From Eledone cirrhosa (taxonomy: Eukaryota): a DNA stretch of 64,000 bases. This document shows, piece after piece, positions 40,572-54,553 of this stretch. The DNA lies in the NCBI GenBank assembly GCA_964016885.1, contig OZ024758.1:4774001-4838000 (forward strand), read 5' to 3'. Both the position numbers and the translations under genes were made by a program. The notes beneath the pieces were generated by a model. The model was not told where the DNA came from and did not search any database. It was given only the letters and a program-made list of their open reading frames with translations. The first letter of the stretch is position 1; every line of letters begins with the position of its first letter.

Positions 40572-40771
40572 AATAAACGAATAAACAACCATCCGGTTAT
40601 TAAACTAACCGTCATTACAACAGCAGAGGTCCGACGGGCTTTTGATTCCAGAGTCGGGCCAGATCGATACAGATCGAACCTTGAGCTGATCAATAGAGAA
40701 ACGTACGTCACCAATCGATAAACGTAATGAAGGCATAACAAATCGTCTTTGTATTATTATATATAGATATG

Positions 40772-40922
40772 AGGTCGGTGGATTGGCTGTATCGGTAGAG
40801 GGTCGGACGCCATGCTTTGACGCATAGTTCAAATCCCGCCGAGGTTAACTTTGCCTTTCATCCTTACGGGGTCGATAAAATAAAGTACCAGTAATACACT
40901 GATATTATTGCTGGCCTTGTGC
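40772..40922 (+). mobile_element. SINE type 1
   Basis: Consensus with a small internal deletion. Confidence 0.8.
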
Positions 40923-41454
40923 AGAGAGAGAGAGAGAGCGAGAGAGAGCGAGAGAGTGTGTGTGCGTGTGTGTTAAAGTGTATATATAGATATTTGTATG
41001 TATGTGTCTTTATTTAGTTATTTATATACCTATACCTAAACATCTACATACATGTTTACGTATCAATATACGAAGGTGTGTCAACGACATCTTTCTAAAA
41101 GTCTCTCTCTCAGTCTGCGTCTCATCTCACCCTCTCTCTCCTCCCCCTCACTCTGTCCCTCTCTCTCCCCTCCTCACACGCCCACTATCTCTCACTGAAC
41201 CAGTTTAAGTACATGGCCATCACGAAAGATAATTATTCTCCTATTCTGTCTTTTTATATAATCACATCTCTATTGCTCTATTGCTGTTATGCCGTATTAC
41301 TTGTTATCGTCTGCAATAATTTCAGTATATATAACCACACATGTACAAAACGATTATTCTGCATGTTAAGACTTCGGGAAAGTAATTTCCTATTAATTGC
41401 AATGTCTTATTTGCCATATTCTATTTATCTGTCTTGTCTCCCATAATCTATGTT

Positions 41455-41681
41455 GGATGTAGTTAGATGTAGTTAGATGTAGTTAAATGTAGTTAAATGT
41501 AGTTAAATGTAGTTAAATGTAGTTAGATGTAGTTAAATGTAGTTAAATGTAGTTAAATGTAGTTAGATGTAGTTAGATGTAGTTAGATGTAGTTAGATGT
41601 AGTTAGATGTAGTTAGATGTAGTTAGATGTAGTTAGATGTAGTTAAATGTAGTTAGATGTAGTTAGATGTAGTTAGATGTA
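41455..41681. repeat. 10-bp tandem repeat GTAGTTA(G/A)AT, about 22 copies
   Basis: Direct inspection. Confidence 0.95.
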
Positions 41682-42237
41682 TTATATTGAAGTATACATT
41701 TAGAAAGGAATATTGACAAGTGGCTATATATTTATGTGTTTAGACGTATAGCTATATGTGTATGTATACATGTATATATATATATATGTGAATGTGTATA
41801 TGTATACGTCAATGTGTATATGAATATGTATATGTGTATATGAATATGTATATGCGTATATATATATGCATATGTGTATATATGTGTATCTGTCTACATA
41901 AATGTATATGTATATCTATATGTATATCTATACGTATTAATCTAATTCTGTTACACCTTTCCATAGTCTTGCTTACTCATATTCAATGTAGCTCACACAC
42001 ACACACACATACATATACATATACGTGTTGGGGGGGGGGGGGGTAGCTATTTTATTAAACATTCAGCCATAATTACCACCATTCTATTCACGTTTCTTTA
42101 TCCTCAAATCTATAGAAATTAGTCACTCCAACATAAGTAATGTATACATGTCGCAGTGAGCAATTTGTATACACACGTGTATGTATACACATATTTATAT
42201 ACATATATACACACACATCTATGTATACATACATATA

Positions 42238-42300
<63 letters not shown>

Positions 42301-42438
42301 GCACACACACACACACACATACACGCAGAGACAGATACACATACATATATATATATATAATACGTGTGTGTGTGCGTGTAGGGGCGAGTGGGAGTATTCA
42401 GTGTTATGAATATGTATGACCACACACACACACATACA

Positions 42439-42473
<35 letters not shown>

Positions 42474-42638
42474 GAGACGACATTGATATATAGTTCATTA
42501 TATTCCTAATTGAACGCACTCTAATTCTATCTCACGAAATACTTTCACACTATACATTACGTTAATATCACTGCATGTAACACTGAACAAGAATTTAGAG
42601 AATTAATTGTTATGTTTTTGTCAAGCTAAATATACTCT

Positions 42639-43124
42639 ATATTTTCAATGACTCGAGCGAACTTTATATTTTCAATGACTCGAGCGAACTTTATATTTTC
42701 AATGACTCGAGCGAACTTTATATTTTCAATGACTCGAGCGAACTTTATATTTTCAATGACTCGAGCGAACTTTATATTTTCAATGACTCGAGCGAACTTT
42801 ATATTTTCAATGACTCGAGCGAACTTTATATTTTCAATGACTCGAGCGAACTTTATATTTTCAATGACTTGAGCGAACTTTATATTTTCAATGACTTGAG
42901 CGAACTTTATATTTTCAATGACTTGAGCGAACTTTATATTTTCAATGACTTGAGCGAACTTTATATTTTCAATGACTTGAGCGAACTTTATATTTTCAAT
43001 GACTCGAGCGAACTTTATATTTTCAATGACTCGAGCGAACTTTATATTTTCAATGACTCGAGCGAACTTTATATTTTCAATGACTCGAGCGAACTTTATA
43101 TTTTCAATGACTCGAGCGAACTTT
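42639..43124. repeat. 27-bp minisatellite, 18 copies
   Basis: ATATTTTCAATGACT(C/T)GAGCGAACTTT; 8 C-type, 5 T-type, 5 C-type units. Confidence 0.97.
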
Positions 43125-43137
43125 ATATCTTTTCCAC

Positions 43138-44040
43138 TGTCGGTGAATTGGTAGTATCAGTAGAGTGTCTGACTCCATGCGTTTCGGCAAAGAGTTACGG
43201 CCCTTTATGGTCTGAGATCAAATCCTGCCGAGGTTAACTTTGCTTTTCATTCTTATGGGGGTCGATAAAATAAAGTACCAGTAATGTACTGGGTAATTGC
43301 TGGCCTTGTGCCAAAAGAAGAAACAATTATTAGAAGGATTGTCCTTAAGTGCGGTGGATTGGCAGTATCGGTAGATGGTCGGACGCCATGCTTTGCAGAA
43401 TAGAGTTATGGCCCTTTATGATCTGAGTTCAAATCCCGCCGAGGTTAACTTTGCCTTTCATCCTTATTGAGTCGATAAAATAAAGTACCAGTAATGTACT
43501 GGTTCGATTCAATCGATTTTCCCCCCTCCCCAAAAATTGCTGGCCTTGTGCCTATATAAGAAACCATTATTAGCAGGATTTGAACTGTTACGGCCCTTTA
43601 CCTTGTCTTTTAGATTCTATGTAGATCTCTTCTTGGTCCACTTCTTCCTGAGAGGGTCGTGGGGGCAGAAGCCTCAAACTCTCCTTCCAGCGGGTCTTGT
43701 CAGAAACAACCGACCCCCAACTGAACCGGCTGGATCGCCAAGCGAGATCAGCCGAGATCATGGATGTTATCCAACCATCTTGCTCGGGGTCTACCCCTGG
43801 GTCTCCTGCCGTTTGATTTTGCCAGTAAAATGTGTCCAGTGATTCGTTCTGGGCAACAAGCTTTGCAGCATACAGCTACGGTCCTTTACGTTCTGAGTTC
43901 AAATCCCGATGAAGTTAGCTTTTCTTTTCATCATTACGAGATGGAATAAAGTCTCAGTAACGTAATAAGGTCAATTTAATCGACTTTCCCCTCTCCCTCA
44001 CAGTGTGTTGTCTTTACATCTAAACCAGAAACCATTATTG
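43138..44040 (+). mobile_element. Three same-orientation SINE type 1 copies with an RTE 3' fragment (43620-43820, minus)
   Basis: SINEs at about 43138-43330, 43350-43570 and 43855-44040. Confidence 0.8.
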
Positions 44041-44046
44041 GTTAAA

Positions 44047-44302
44047 GGAACCAAACTCCCACTGCCCCGTCTCTCCTGTTCTCCCCATCTCACATACACA
44101 CAAGGTCCGGATACAAACGAACCAAACTCCCACTGCCTCCGTCTCTCCTGTTCTCCTGATCTCACATACACACAAGGTCCGGACACAAAGGAACCAAACT
44201 CCCACTGCCTCCGTCTCTCCTGTTCTCCCCATCTCTCACTATTATGAACGAATGGGGACCCACGCGCTGGCTGCCCCACGGCGGCACTGGCGGACAGAAT
44301 AA
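44047..44302 (-). mobile_element. CRE-like element 3' end with a 72-bp tandem repeat (about 3 copies)
   Basis: ILSASAAVGQPARGSPFVHNSERWG matches ILSAGAVGRPARQSPFAHHTERWG at 8174-8250. Confidence 0.6.
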
Positions 44303-44568
44303 ATGTATTAAGAAGGTATTTGAACATATGCTACTTGAAAAGAATATATAGTTCAGTCTGTAGGGGAAAAAAAAGGTGAGTAATCACGATTGAAATGCCT
44401 TTCGTCATATATCTGTTTGATAAGGGCTTATCTGGTGCTAGACAACAACAACTACAACGGCGACAGCACAACAACAACGATAACGACAACAACAATTGAC
44501 AGGATAAGCTTTCTCTTGAAATAGAACAGCTTATTTGGAATATTACTGGCGATCAGTCATTTTATTAG

Positions 44569-44643
44569 GATTGACTTTCAAAATATGATGATTCACCGAA
44601 GACTCAAAGATATAGCAGACGACATTTCATTGAATGTTCCGCA
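44569..44643 (+). CDS. Weak candidate exon (75 bp, phase 2-2)
   Basis: TTATTAG|G ... CCGCA|GTAAGA; only the phase-2 frame is open (IDFQNMMIHRRLKDIADDISLNVP); an upstream acceptor at 44524 keeps the same frame. Confidence 0.25.
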
Positions 44644-44807
44644 GTAAGATTTGTATAGAGAGATACATAGAAGGGATATGGTATGACGTCATGACTTCCA
44701 CTGTATCACGTGATAGAAGTAAGCCTGGCAACACAAATATACACAGGACCTTCACTTCACTTCATTGCTGAGATAATCGCTCACCAAAGATTTATGTAAT
44801 TCTCTTA

Positions 44808-45228
44808 GAAGTAATAGTAGTGGTAGTAGTGGTAGTAGTGGTGGTGGTGAGGAGTAGTGAGGGGGTAGTGGTGGTGGTGGAGGTGAGGGGTAGTGGTGGT
44901 GGTAGTAGTAGTGGCGGTAGTAGTAGTGGTGGTGGAGGTGAGGGGTAGTGGTGGTGGTAGTAGTAGTGGCGGTAGTAGTAGTGGTGGTGGAGGTGAGGGG
45001 TTGTGGTGGTAGTAGTAGTGGTGGGGAGTGGTGGTGGGGCGTGGGGTAGTGGTGGTGGTAGTAGTAGTGGTAATAGTGGTGGTAGTAGTAGTAGTAGTAG
45101 TGGTGGTAATAATAGTAGTAGTAGTAGTAGTAGTGGTGGTAGTAGTAGTAGTGGTAGTGGTGGTAGTAGTGGTGGTAGTAGTAGAAGTGGTAGTATTAGT
45201 AGTAGTGGTAATGGTAGTAGTGGTAGTC
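44808..45228. repeat. (GGT/AGT)n trinucleotide low-complexity tract
   Basis: Direct inspection. Confidence 0.9.
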
Positions 45229-46029
45229 TGTTAAAAATTAGACGTAAATTTAAGAACATCTTAAAAAATAATTTCATAGGATCATAAAGAAACCTCATCA
45301 TGATCATCACCATCATCAATATCATCATCATCCTCAATATCATCATCATCAATACTAGCACTGTGATTATGATGACGTCTACGACGACGACGATGATGGG
45401 GGAGGGGATGAGGATAAATTCTAAGAGATGCACAAGTTCAAAATTCTATAGGTGAAAGATCAGTCAAACAAATCGATACTAGTATTTATTTTATCGGCTC
45501 TGAAGAAAGTAGAAACAAATTTGACCTCATCAGGTCTGAATACTGCAGATTTCTTCCATAGAAAGAAAGAGATTGAGAGAATGGAAATGAAAAATATATA
45601 GGGAGGTAAAATCAGCGCCAACACTAGACTGGTACTTTTTATCGATCTTGAATGGATAAAAAGCAAAGTCGACCTCGGTGGGATCTGAACTGAGAGAGCT
45701 CCGAGCCAAAATGAATACCGCAAAGCATTTTATCCGTCGTTCTAACGAACGTCAATTCACCGCAAAAACAAACATATTATGAAGCCATGCAATAAACATG
45801 GTATATGGTATATAGTATATAACAACCTCTCTATAAGCGAGTGGAACATTTCTATCCAAGCTCATAAGGAAAGCAGGGAAAACGTTCAGATATAATTATC
45901 AAGCACTGGGACACAAATTGTTGTCCTGATAAATATCTCGTTCTATTCTGGTCAAGGCACCACCCAGAATGTGGTCGAGAAACTGTCAAATTAGATGGAT
46001 ATTAAAATAAAAAAGGGGTAAAGACTCCA

Positions 46030-46350
46030 CTCGGTCAAGAATGACCATGGGATTTGCACTTAGAAAGTTTCCCTCCGAGGCACAAGTCCGGGCAAGGCTG
46101 TTTGTGGCAGACCAGCAGTCGCCCATACATACCAGTCTCCCCTCTCCACGCCACCAATGTTGTCCAAGGCAATAACTGATACAGCTTGGCACCAGTGACG
46201 TCACAACTCATTTCTACAGCTGGGTGAACTAGAGCAACGGGAAATAAAGTGTCTTACTCAAGAGCACAAAGAAAAGCCTGGTGCAAGAATCAAACTCACA
46301 ACCTCATGATTGTAAGCCCGACGCTCTAACCACTAAGGCATGTGTCTTCA
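46030..46350 (-). mobile_element. SINE type 2 (CORE-like), near full length
   Basis: Homologous to 7215-7510. Confidence 0.82.
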
Positions 46351-47643
46351 TTAAAATTAAAGTAAACAGAGTATGCAGTATGAAAATGTAAACAATAGCA
46401 ATATTAATTGGAGAATTTGTATGATAAAATCCTTAACAAAACCATCAGAACCATACCGAAGCTAGTTACACTATTCAAACTCCAAACGATAGCACTGCTA
46501 AGCAATGAAAACATCTACAACTAAGAAATATTCCTATCATCCCATTTGTAATTGATACAATTAGCTTGATACACAATCACATCTGTAAAGACAGCGGCAG
46601 AATATCTGCGGGTATGTCCTGGAAAATACCAGTACTTGGCTCTATATTGTTGGGCCTTGTTCACGGTTTCGTTAACCATAAACATTTTTATACGTTTTTC
46701 AAGATGTATCTAATTCTTTTTGATGTATGAAAGCAAACTCTTGATGTTTTTTTTAAACCATAAATGATGCAAATAATAATAATGTATGTCAATGCTAGTG
46801 AAGAGTTGCTAGAACCGAAAAAAGAAAACCGTATTTAGTTTAATGGAAATTCTTCGAAATCGGAATGGATTATATATGAAACTAAAGATTCAAAAATATC
46901 TTTTGTAGATGATAGAATGTAGTTTAGAGTTTCGAAAAAATTCCGTTTCGGAATAGTGCAGCAAAATGATTTATTGATGACAACTGCGCGAGGATGGGTG
47001 TAGAATTTCATCTTTTCTATAAGGGTAATGAATTTTTTTTTTCTTTGCGAGATTGAAAAAGAGAAAGGGTAGAGAGGAAGAGAAGTAAAGGCATTGGAAG
47101 GAAAATATATTAAATAAACAAACATGTGAAGATAAATTGATAAAAATAGAGAGTGAATAAAAATAATGAGTGATGGGAAAATGTGTATAGAAATATGAAA
47201 ACTACTTCGAAATAAGTGTAATATGCTTGTTTGTTTGCATCTGTGTATGTATGAGTGTTCGTGCGTGATTATGTGCATATAGTGACGAAGTAGAAGTGCT
47301 GTTAGAAAGTTCAAATAGAATGCTTTATGGCTTTTGTTTCAGATCTCTGCGCTCAGAGTTCAAATCCTGTCGAGACCTATATATATATATATATATGTGA
47401 TAAAATTTGCTCCGGACATAACAGCCGTGTCTGAAAGAACCCGCAGAAGTAGAATCAGCCAGATCCATACAAGGACCATGACTCGAGCTACATGCCGGCG
47501 AAACATTTGTAACACGAAATAAACCAAGTCCAGATGCATCACTGATTTTTCGTTTTCTTGATAATATCTACACTCTACTCTGATGAATATCGAGTGCTAA
47601 TTTTGGTATACCGCCTACGGAAGCATCATAGCTACCACTATAC

Positions 47644-47693
<50 letters not shown>

Positions 47694-47717
47694 GGGAACA
47701 ACACAAAATATAACTAC

Positions 47718-47826
47718 TCCATTACCAAAGGTTTCTGGATCCCAGTCAATAATGATATACGTCTGGGTCGGTTGTCAGACAGATGTTATAACATCAGGAT
47801 AACATCTGACGACCGATCCAGACGTA
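47718..47826. ncRNA. Family E hammerhead-like motif (minus, core mutated) plus an inverted 5' half (plus)
   Basis: Minus: CTGACAA..GAAA CCTTTGG TA ATG; plus: AACAT CTGACGA CCGATCCAGACG. Confidence 0.45.
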
Positions 47827-47984
47827 TTCTAATTAAATAGCTTAAATTATCTTAAAGGTTTAAAGAACCTCCCTGTTATTTGGGAGACAGGGGGGTTCGA
47901 TGGCAACATCTTTTTCCGTCTTTAAAGAATCTTCCCATTATTTTATAGCATCAGCGTGTATGAAGTCATCATTCTTTATATATT

Positions 47985-48170
47985 AACCGACAGGAAACCC
48001 AGGGGTAGACCCTGAGCAAATGGGTTGAATAACGTCCATGAGCTTGGCTGGTCTCGCTTGGGGATCCAGCCGGATCAATTGGAGACGGTTGCTTCTGAGA
48101 GGACCCGTTGGCGGGAGTGTTTGAGGACTGCCCCCACAACGCTCTCGGGAATAAGTGGATGAAGAAGAAG
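47985..48170 (+). mobile_element. RTE LINE 3' end (family 2)
   Basis: RKPRGRP*ANGLNNVHELGWSRLGIQPDQLETVASERTRWRECL followed by a (GAA)n tail. Confidence 0.75.
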
Positions 48171-48302
48171 ATATACATATATATGATAGAAATAGAAGCT
48201 TTTAGTGGAGTTTAGAACCCTCTAAGAAATGGAGAAAGATGAGTGTACATCAATACTCATCATTTCCCATTTCTTAGAGGATTCTAAACCCCACTTCTTT
48301 TC

Positions 48303-48481
<179 letters not shown>

Positions 48482-49159
48482 TAGATATACAGATATATAT
48501 AGATATATGGAAAACGAAGAATAAGTGATGCATCGAAACAATTTATTAGCGTATTACAATTGTTTCTCTGGCAAACAGCTTGAGGTATCATCTAATTGTG
48601 GATCGAACCATATTATTATACTCTGTTCTGAAGGGGCATAGAGTGCTCAACCGGCATACCGTATATGGACGCATCCAAGCAACCTTACTACAATTATATA
48701 TATATATATATATATATATAATGTATGTATTCGCGCGTGCGTGCGTGCGTGCGTGCGTGTAGATACTTGAAAGATTTTAAATTAAATTATTATACCTGAC
48801 ATTGTGATTAGTAAGTATTAATTATGGAGAAACTAAGAATACAAGAATTGGAGCAATATATTCATTTGACAATATTACTTAATTAGAATCAGTAAGACTG
48901 GTGGAATTGAAAGAAAATGCGACTAGGGAATGTAAATCTGAAAGTGTAATAGAGAAAGAAATTTAAAAGTATAGAGTTTATTAATTAATTTATACTTACA
49001 AAAGAATGAACACAAGCTAATAGTCAGATTGAACTAAAGAAATAATGTTTCTATTACTATTGCTGTCTCCCAGTTGAAATTCTGGTAGAAGAATCTACGT
49101 GATACAAAGTTCAAAAATACAACGCGGTTCCTTCCCACATCTGTGCAGAAATTGAATAT

Positions 49160-49648
49160 ATTACCAGGGTCGGTTGAAAAGCTCATAGGCTGATTATGAA
49201 GGAGTGATGTTAGGGCTGTGAAATCTTGCATAGATTAGTTCCAACTCTTAATAACTGTATTGTTTCTTTCCAGAAGTTTTGTTGAAAAATAAGCCACATT
49301 TGGTCATTTTATCTTTTAGTCCTAAAAACTGTCTATATTACGAAGGTGGGGATGAACAGTTCATAGGCTGACTATGAAAGGGTGATGCTAGAGCTGTGAA
49401 ATCTTGCATGCATTAATTTCAACTCTTATAAATAACTGCATTGTTTCTTTCCAGAGACTATATTGAAAAATAAACCTCATTTGGTCATTCCATGAGAGTA
49501 TCTTTGTCAGCTTTTTAACTTTGTATGTATGTTCTGTTTTTTTTTTAAAAGTGAAATTATAAAACGAGAAGAACATACAAAGTTAAAAAACTGACCAAAT
49601 GAGGTTTATTTTTCAACATAATAACTGCATTGTTTCTTTCCAGGGACT
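49160..49648. mobile_element. Tandem, rearranged mariner-like MITE copies
   Basis: Repeated CATAGGCTGA..GCTGTGAAATCTTGCAT..TTGGTCATT segments. Confidence 0.6.
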
Positions 49649-51357
49649 AATAAGAAAAGGTAGGTGTGTGTGCGCGCGTGCATGCGTGCGTGCGTGAAAT
49701 TCTTTGTAGTGCGTACAGTTCCGGTAAAGATAAGAAGAGTAATCTGTAGGAAGCGGAGAGGGAGAAGCTAGAAGTAAAATACAATAAATGACACAAAACT
49801 TGTATGAAAACGATATAATGAATCTGACAAGCGATTGCAATACTCTTAGCAGAGTTTGCAGCCATCATGTATGTATGTGAGTATGTATATATATATACAC
49901 TAGTTAAGAAGTTAAGTAGTAAGGAAAAACACCATTGCAGCATCTGTGTAAGAGTGTGCAAGTCCCTGGCAGGACTAAAAAGCCACGTCCATGTTACTCA
50001 TGTTTAGGTGTCAAGTAATAGCATTACTCCAAATCGAGTTACAGCCATCATATATACTAGGGAAGCACATGTGTTCTCACATAGTATGTATTTTGACACT
50101 GTAGTATTGTGTTGAACAAGTAACTCTAACATACTTGTTGCTATTTAATAAACATACAAATGCGAGTCTATTTCTACATATATAATAGTATTTGCAAATT
50201 GAATGTTACATAAATTTCCATCCATAAATAAAATGAATTCCAAGTTTTTCATACATTGCATAAGCTACAAAATCAACTACGAATTGTCTTCTTTGTGCAT
50301 AAATTTAAATATATAAAGCACTAGAAAATATAGCTGTAGGCCACAGCTAATAATGTTATATTAACATTAAACTTCGACATGACACAACCCTCATTTCTGA
50401 GCGTGTCTTCTTAGATTTAGAAAGAAATCTCGAACAAATTCTGTCACAACAGAGTACAAAACAATTTTAGTTAATTAATTTTCTCCGAAGAATTTCTCAC
50501 AACAGAAACGAACAGAGCATGCGTGTTGTAGAAATACCGCTCATCCTTCATCCATATTTTTTATAACTAATGAATATTGTCTGTGTATTTATTTTTGCAT
50601 TGTGTTTTGTAATGAATATTGCGTCGATCATTAATCGTCTATTATATGAGGAATTCTATAGCGTATGGATACGATGTTCACTAATGTTTTTCTGTCACGT
50701 TTTTTTCTTTTGTGTTGCATCAATTCGCTTCCAAACAGGAAAGACATAAACTTTAGGAATTCAACAGTTTTATTAGCCATACAAATGACATTCTCCTGTT
50801 GACTACCGATCCACTTACAAATAGTAACTTCTGTGCACTAAACCACATACTACAAAATAAAACTAGATGTAAATACATTAGTGTACAAAATCTGGAAACT
50901 TCGGTAACATATTTTAGAATTTTACTGATCTAAACAAAGAACTTATAGAAATATATAAAATAAACTTGATAAAAAGAAAAGATACAACTTGTGTCCAGTC
51001 TTGTTGTCAATATAACATTTAAAAGATAAGCTGTTACCAATGGTTTTAGACACTCTGCCGTGAGCGACAAGCACACACACACACATACAAACCCGCAATT
51101 GTGTGTGTATAATAATTGTTTCTACTTTTGGCACAATCTTCCGCCCCTGGACTGGTACTTTATTTATCGACCAAGAAAGGATAAAAGACAAATTAAAATT
51201 CGGTGGGATTTAAACACAGAATGAAGAGAACCGGAATATAAACCAAAGCATGAAATCTTTCCAAACGATAGCATTTGAGGGAGTTTTAATAAAGGGTTGT
51301 TAAAGTCTGCAGCTTGGTGAAATGGCTGAGGAGATTGGTTTTGTTATTGAAACATGT

Positions 51358-52195
<838 letters not shown>

Positions 52196-52464
52196 CTAGA
52201 TTTATGTAAATATTAATATAACTACACAAACCATAGCATAGTTAATACTTGGGGAGATGAGGGATGGTATTCAATAAAATGAAAGGAAAATGAGAATTCA
52301 AGATTGGCAGATGTTCTTGACAAATCCCCATTAAACTAGGCGTTGCTTTTACATCTTCAGTAAAAATATTTGACAGAATTGAATCCATATCAATCAGATT
52401 TAACTAAAAACTTCCATTTATATTTTTCCAGACTTAAAACCTTTTACATCTTACACTCTTTCAG

Positions 52465-52513
52465 ATTTGCTATCAAAATGGAGAAAATATTGCTCGCCTT
52501 TCTTTCAGTCCAG
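52465..52513 (+). CDS. Weak candidate micro-exon (49 bp)
   Basis: Acceptor CTTTTACATCTTACACTCTTTCAG|A, donor CAG|GTACTT; frame ambiguous. Confidence 0.2.
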
Positions 52514-52606
52514 GTACTTAGAACGCTATCACAGACATGTAATCATGCAATTCTGTCCCCTATATGGACAGAAAAAAAAGAGGTGGCGAAATGGCAGAGT
52601 AGTTAT

Positions 52607-52945
52607 AATTGTTTCTACTTTTGGCACAAGGCCAGCAATTTACCCCCAGTGCATTACTGGTACTTTATTTTATCGACTCCGTAAGGATGAAAAGCAAAGT
52701 TAACATCGGCGGGATCTGACCTCAGATCATAAAGGGCCGTAACTCTACCCTACAAAGCATGGCGTCCGATGCTTTACTGATACTGCCAATCCACCGCCCG
52801 TCTGAGTAGTTATAAAGTCAGATAAAATGCTTTGCAGTATTCGTTCCGGCGCTCTACTCAGTTCAAATCCCACCGAGGTCAACTTTGCCTTTCATCCATT
52901 CAAGGTCGATAAAAACGTACCAGTCAAGTACTGGGATCGATTCTT
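52607..52945. mobile_element. Head-to-head SINE type 1 pair
   Basis: 52607-52800 (minus) and about 52810-52945 (plus, diverged). Confidence 0.78.
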
Positions 52946-53033
52946 CCTCTTAATGGTTCAAGTTTTCCATGGAAAACTTGAACCGTCAGAGTATCTTTTC
53001 TTGGTTATGTCAAAATTTATAAAACACACTTCG

Positions 53034-53095
53034 TATTTTATCTGATGATAGCGTACCAAAGTTTTTGGTACCCTTGAAATATATATAATAGAATA
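53034..53095 (+). ncRNA. Minimal type I hammerhead motif, family A homologue
   Basis: TATTTTAT CTGATGA TAGCGTACCAAA GTT TTTGGTACCCTT GAAA TATATA TA ATAGAATA. Confidence 0.7.
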
Positions 53096-53115
53096 AATAT
53101 GGTTTTATAAATATA

Positions 53116-53326
53116 TTGTTATGCTTTGGAAGGGTCATGTTGCCAATAAGAAACACACACACCAGATGTTTTCACTTCAATTTATTATAAATTAAATTTA
53201 TAAATTTAAGAATTTATAAATTTCCGGTTGATTGGTTGGTTCCACAACCAGACGATTGTTCATATATTGTCAAAGTTCTTTCGTCACACATTCTGTGACC
53301 TCTTCAGTAACTGGGGATTCTGAGGA
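53116..53326 (-). mobile_element. Family C element nested in a family A element, 12-bp TSD
   Basis: TTTATAAATATA at 53104-53115 and 53327-53338; family A sequence resumes after the second copy. Confidence 0.75.
53269..53311 (-). ncRNA. Minimal hammerhead motif, family C (intact core)
   Basis: GTTA CTGAAGA G GTCACA GAATG TGTGAC GAAA GAAC TT TGAC. Confidence 0.65.
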
Positions 53327-54246
53327 TTTATAAATATAGTTTCCATTTATTTAATATCTTTGAATATTATACTCTAGAAAACCGGTCGAGTGCTCTGAAT
53401 CAGTTATAAACATTTATATTTGTTGAATTACCAACAAATTGAATTTCCCTTTTGCTTATAATATGTATATATGTATGTACGTATGTACGTATGTACGTAT
53501 GTACGTATGCATATACACACACCGCATTTCAAAAACCTCTTGTGAACATGTATATACAGATTACATGGCCAATGTATCTGAGCCGTATGTCTTCATTTAG
53601 AAAATATAGACAGTCCAACCAGATATTAGAACTCGTGACTGTTCCAGATTTGGGACTTTAGTGTACAAAACCTTTTAGATGTTAGACTTTACACATCTTA
53701 GAAGTTAAGACTGAAACAATTGAACATCTTGGATTAGGAAAACTATGATATAGTTTTTACTACTGGAAATGGTTATATCACATCAGATAACAGGAACAGT
53801 TGTATGTATATGTGTGTTTGTGTATATATGTATGTTTATGTTTGTGTGTACGTATGTTTGTGTTTGTGTGTACGTATGTTTGTGTTTGTGTGTCCGTATG
53901 TTTGTGTTTGTGTGTCCGTATGTTTGTGTTTGTGTGTCCGTATGTTTGTGTGTACGTATGTTTGTGTGTACGTATGTTTGTGTGTATGGTTGTTTGCGCG
54001 TGTGTGTGAGTGTTTGCGCGTGTGTGTGAGTGTTTGCGCGTGTGTGTGAGTGTTTACTTGTGTGTGTATGTTTGCGTGTCTGTGTGAGCGTGCATGTGTG
54101 CGAGTGTATGTTTGTTTCTGTGTGTGCGTGCGTGTGCATGCTTGTGTGTTTCTGTGTGAGCGTATATGCTTGTGGGGGGGGGGGGGGTACAGACATATCC
54201 AGCTGAATAAATGTATGTTAAATGAGTTGCAAGATAAATAGTCTAC

Positions 54247-54299
<53 letters not shown>

Positions 54300-54514
54300 A
54301 AACTATACATATGAGTGTGTATCTCATAAACTAGAGAAGGAAGACAATGGGGTGTGAGAGGGATAGACCACGCCACGTAGAACAGTTTGTGCTTTCACAG
54401 CCTAAGAACATCTGTTGGTTACAAAAGATATAAGAAATGTCACAAATCTCTTTACATCGTCTGCAAAATAAAATATGACCGAAAGTCGATTTGTTTTATT
54501 TGTTAGTAAGATAT

Positions 54515-54553
<39 letters not shown>

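Noticed and set aside
42639-43124. CRISPR array or repeat protein MTRANFIFS
   Set aside because: No spacers; the C-to-T variant creates stop codons in that frame
44792-45433. Gly/Ser- or Pro/Leu-rich ORFs
   Set aside because: Trinucleotide low-complexity sequence
47572-47597. CACTC..CTGATGA..TCGAGTG
   Set aside because: Stem II and GAAA are absent; at best a deleted remnant
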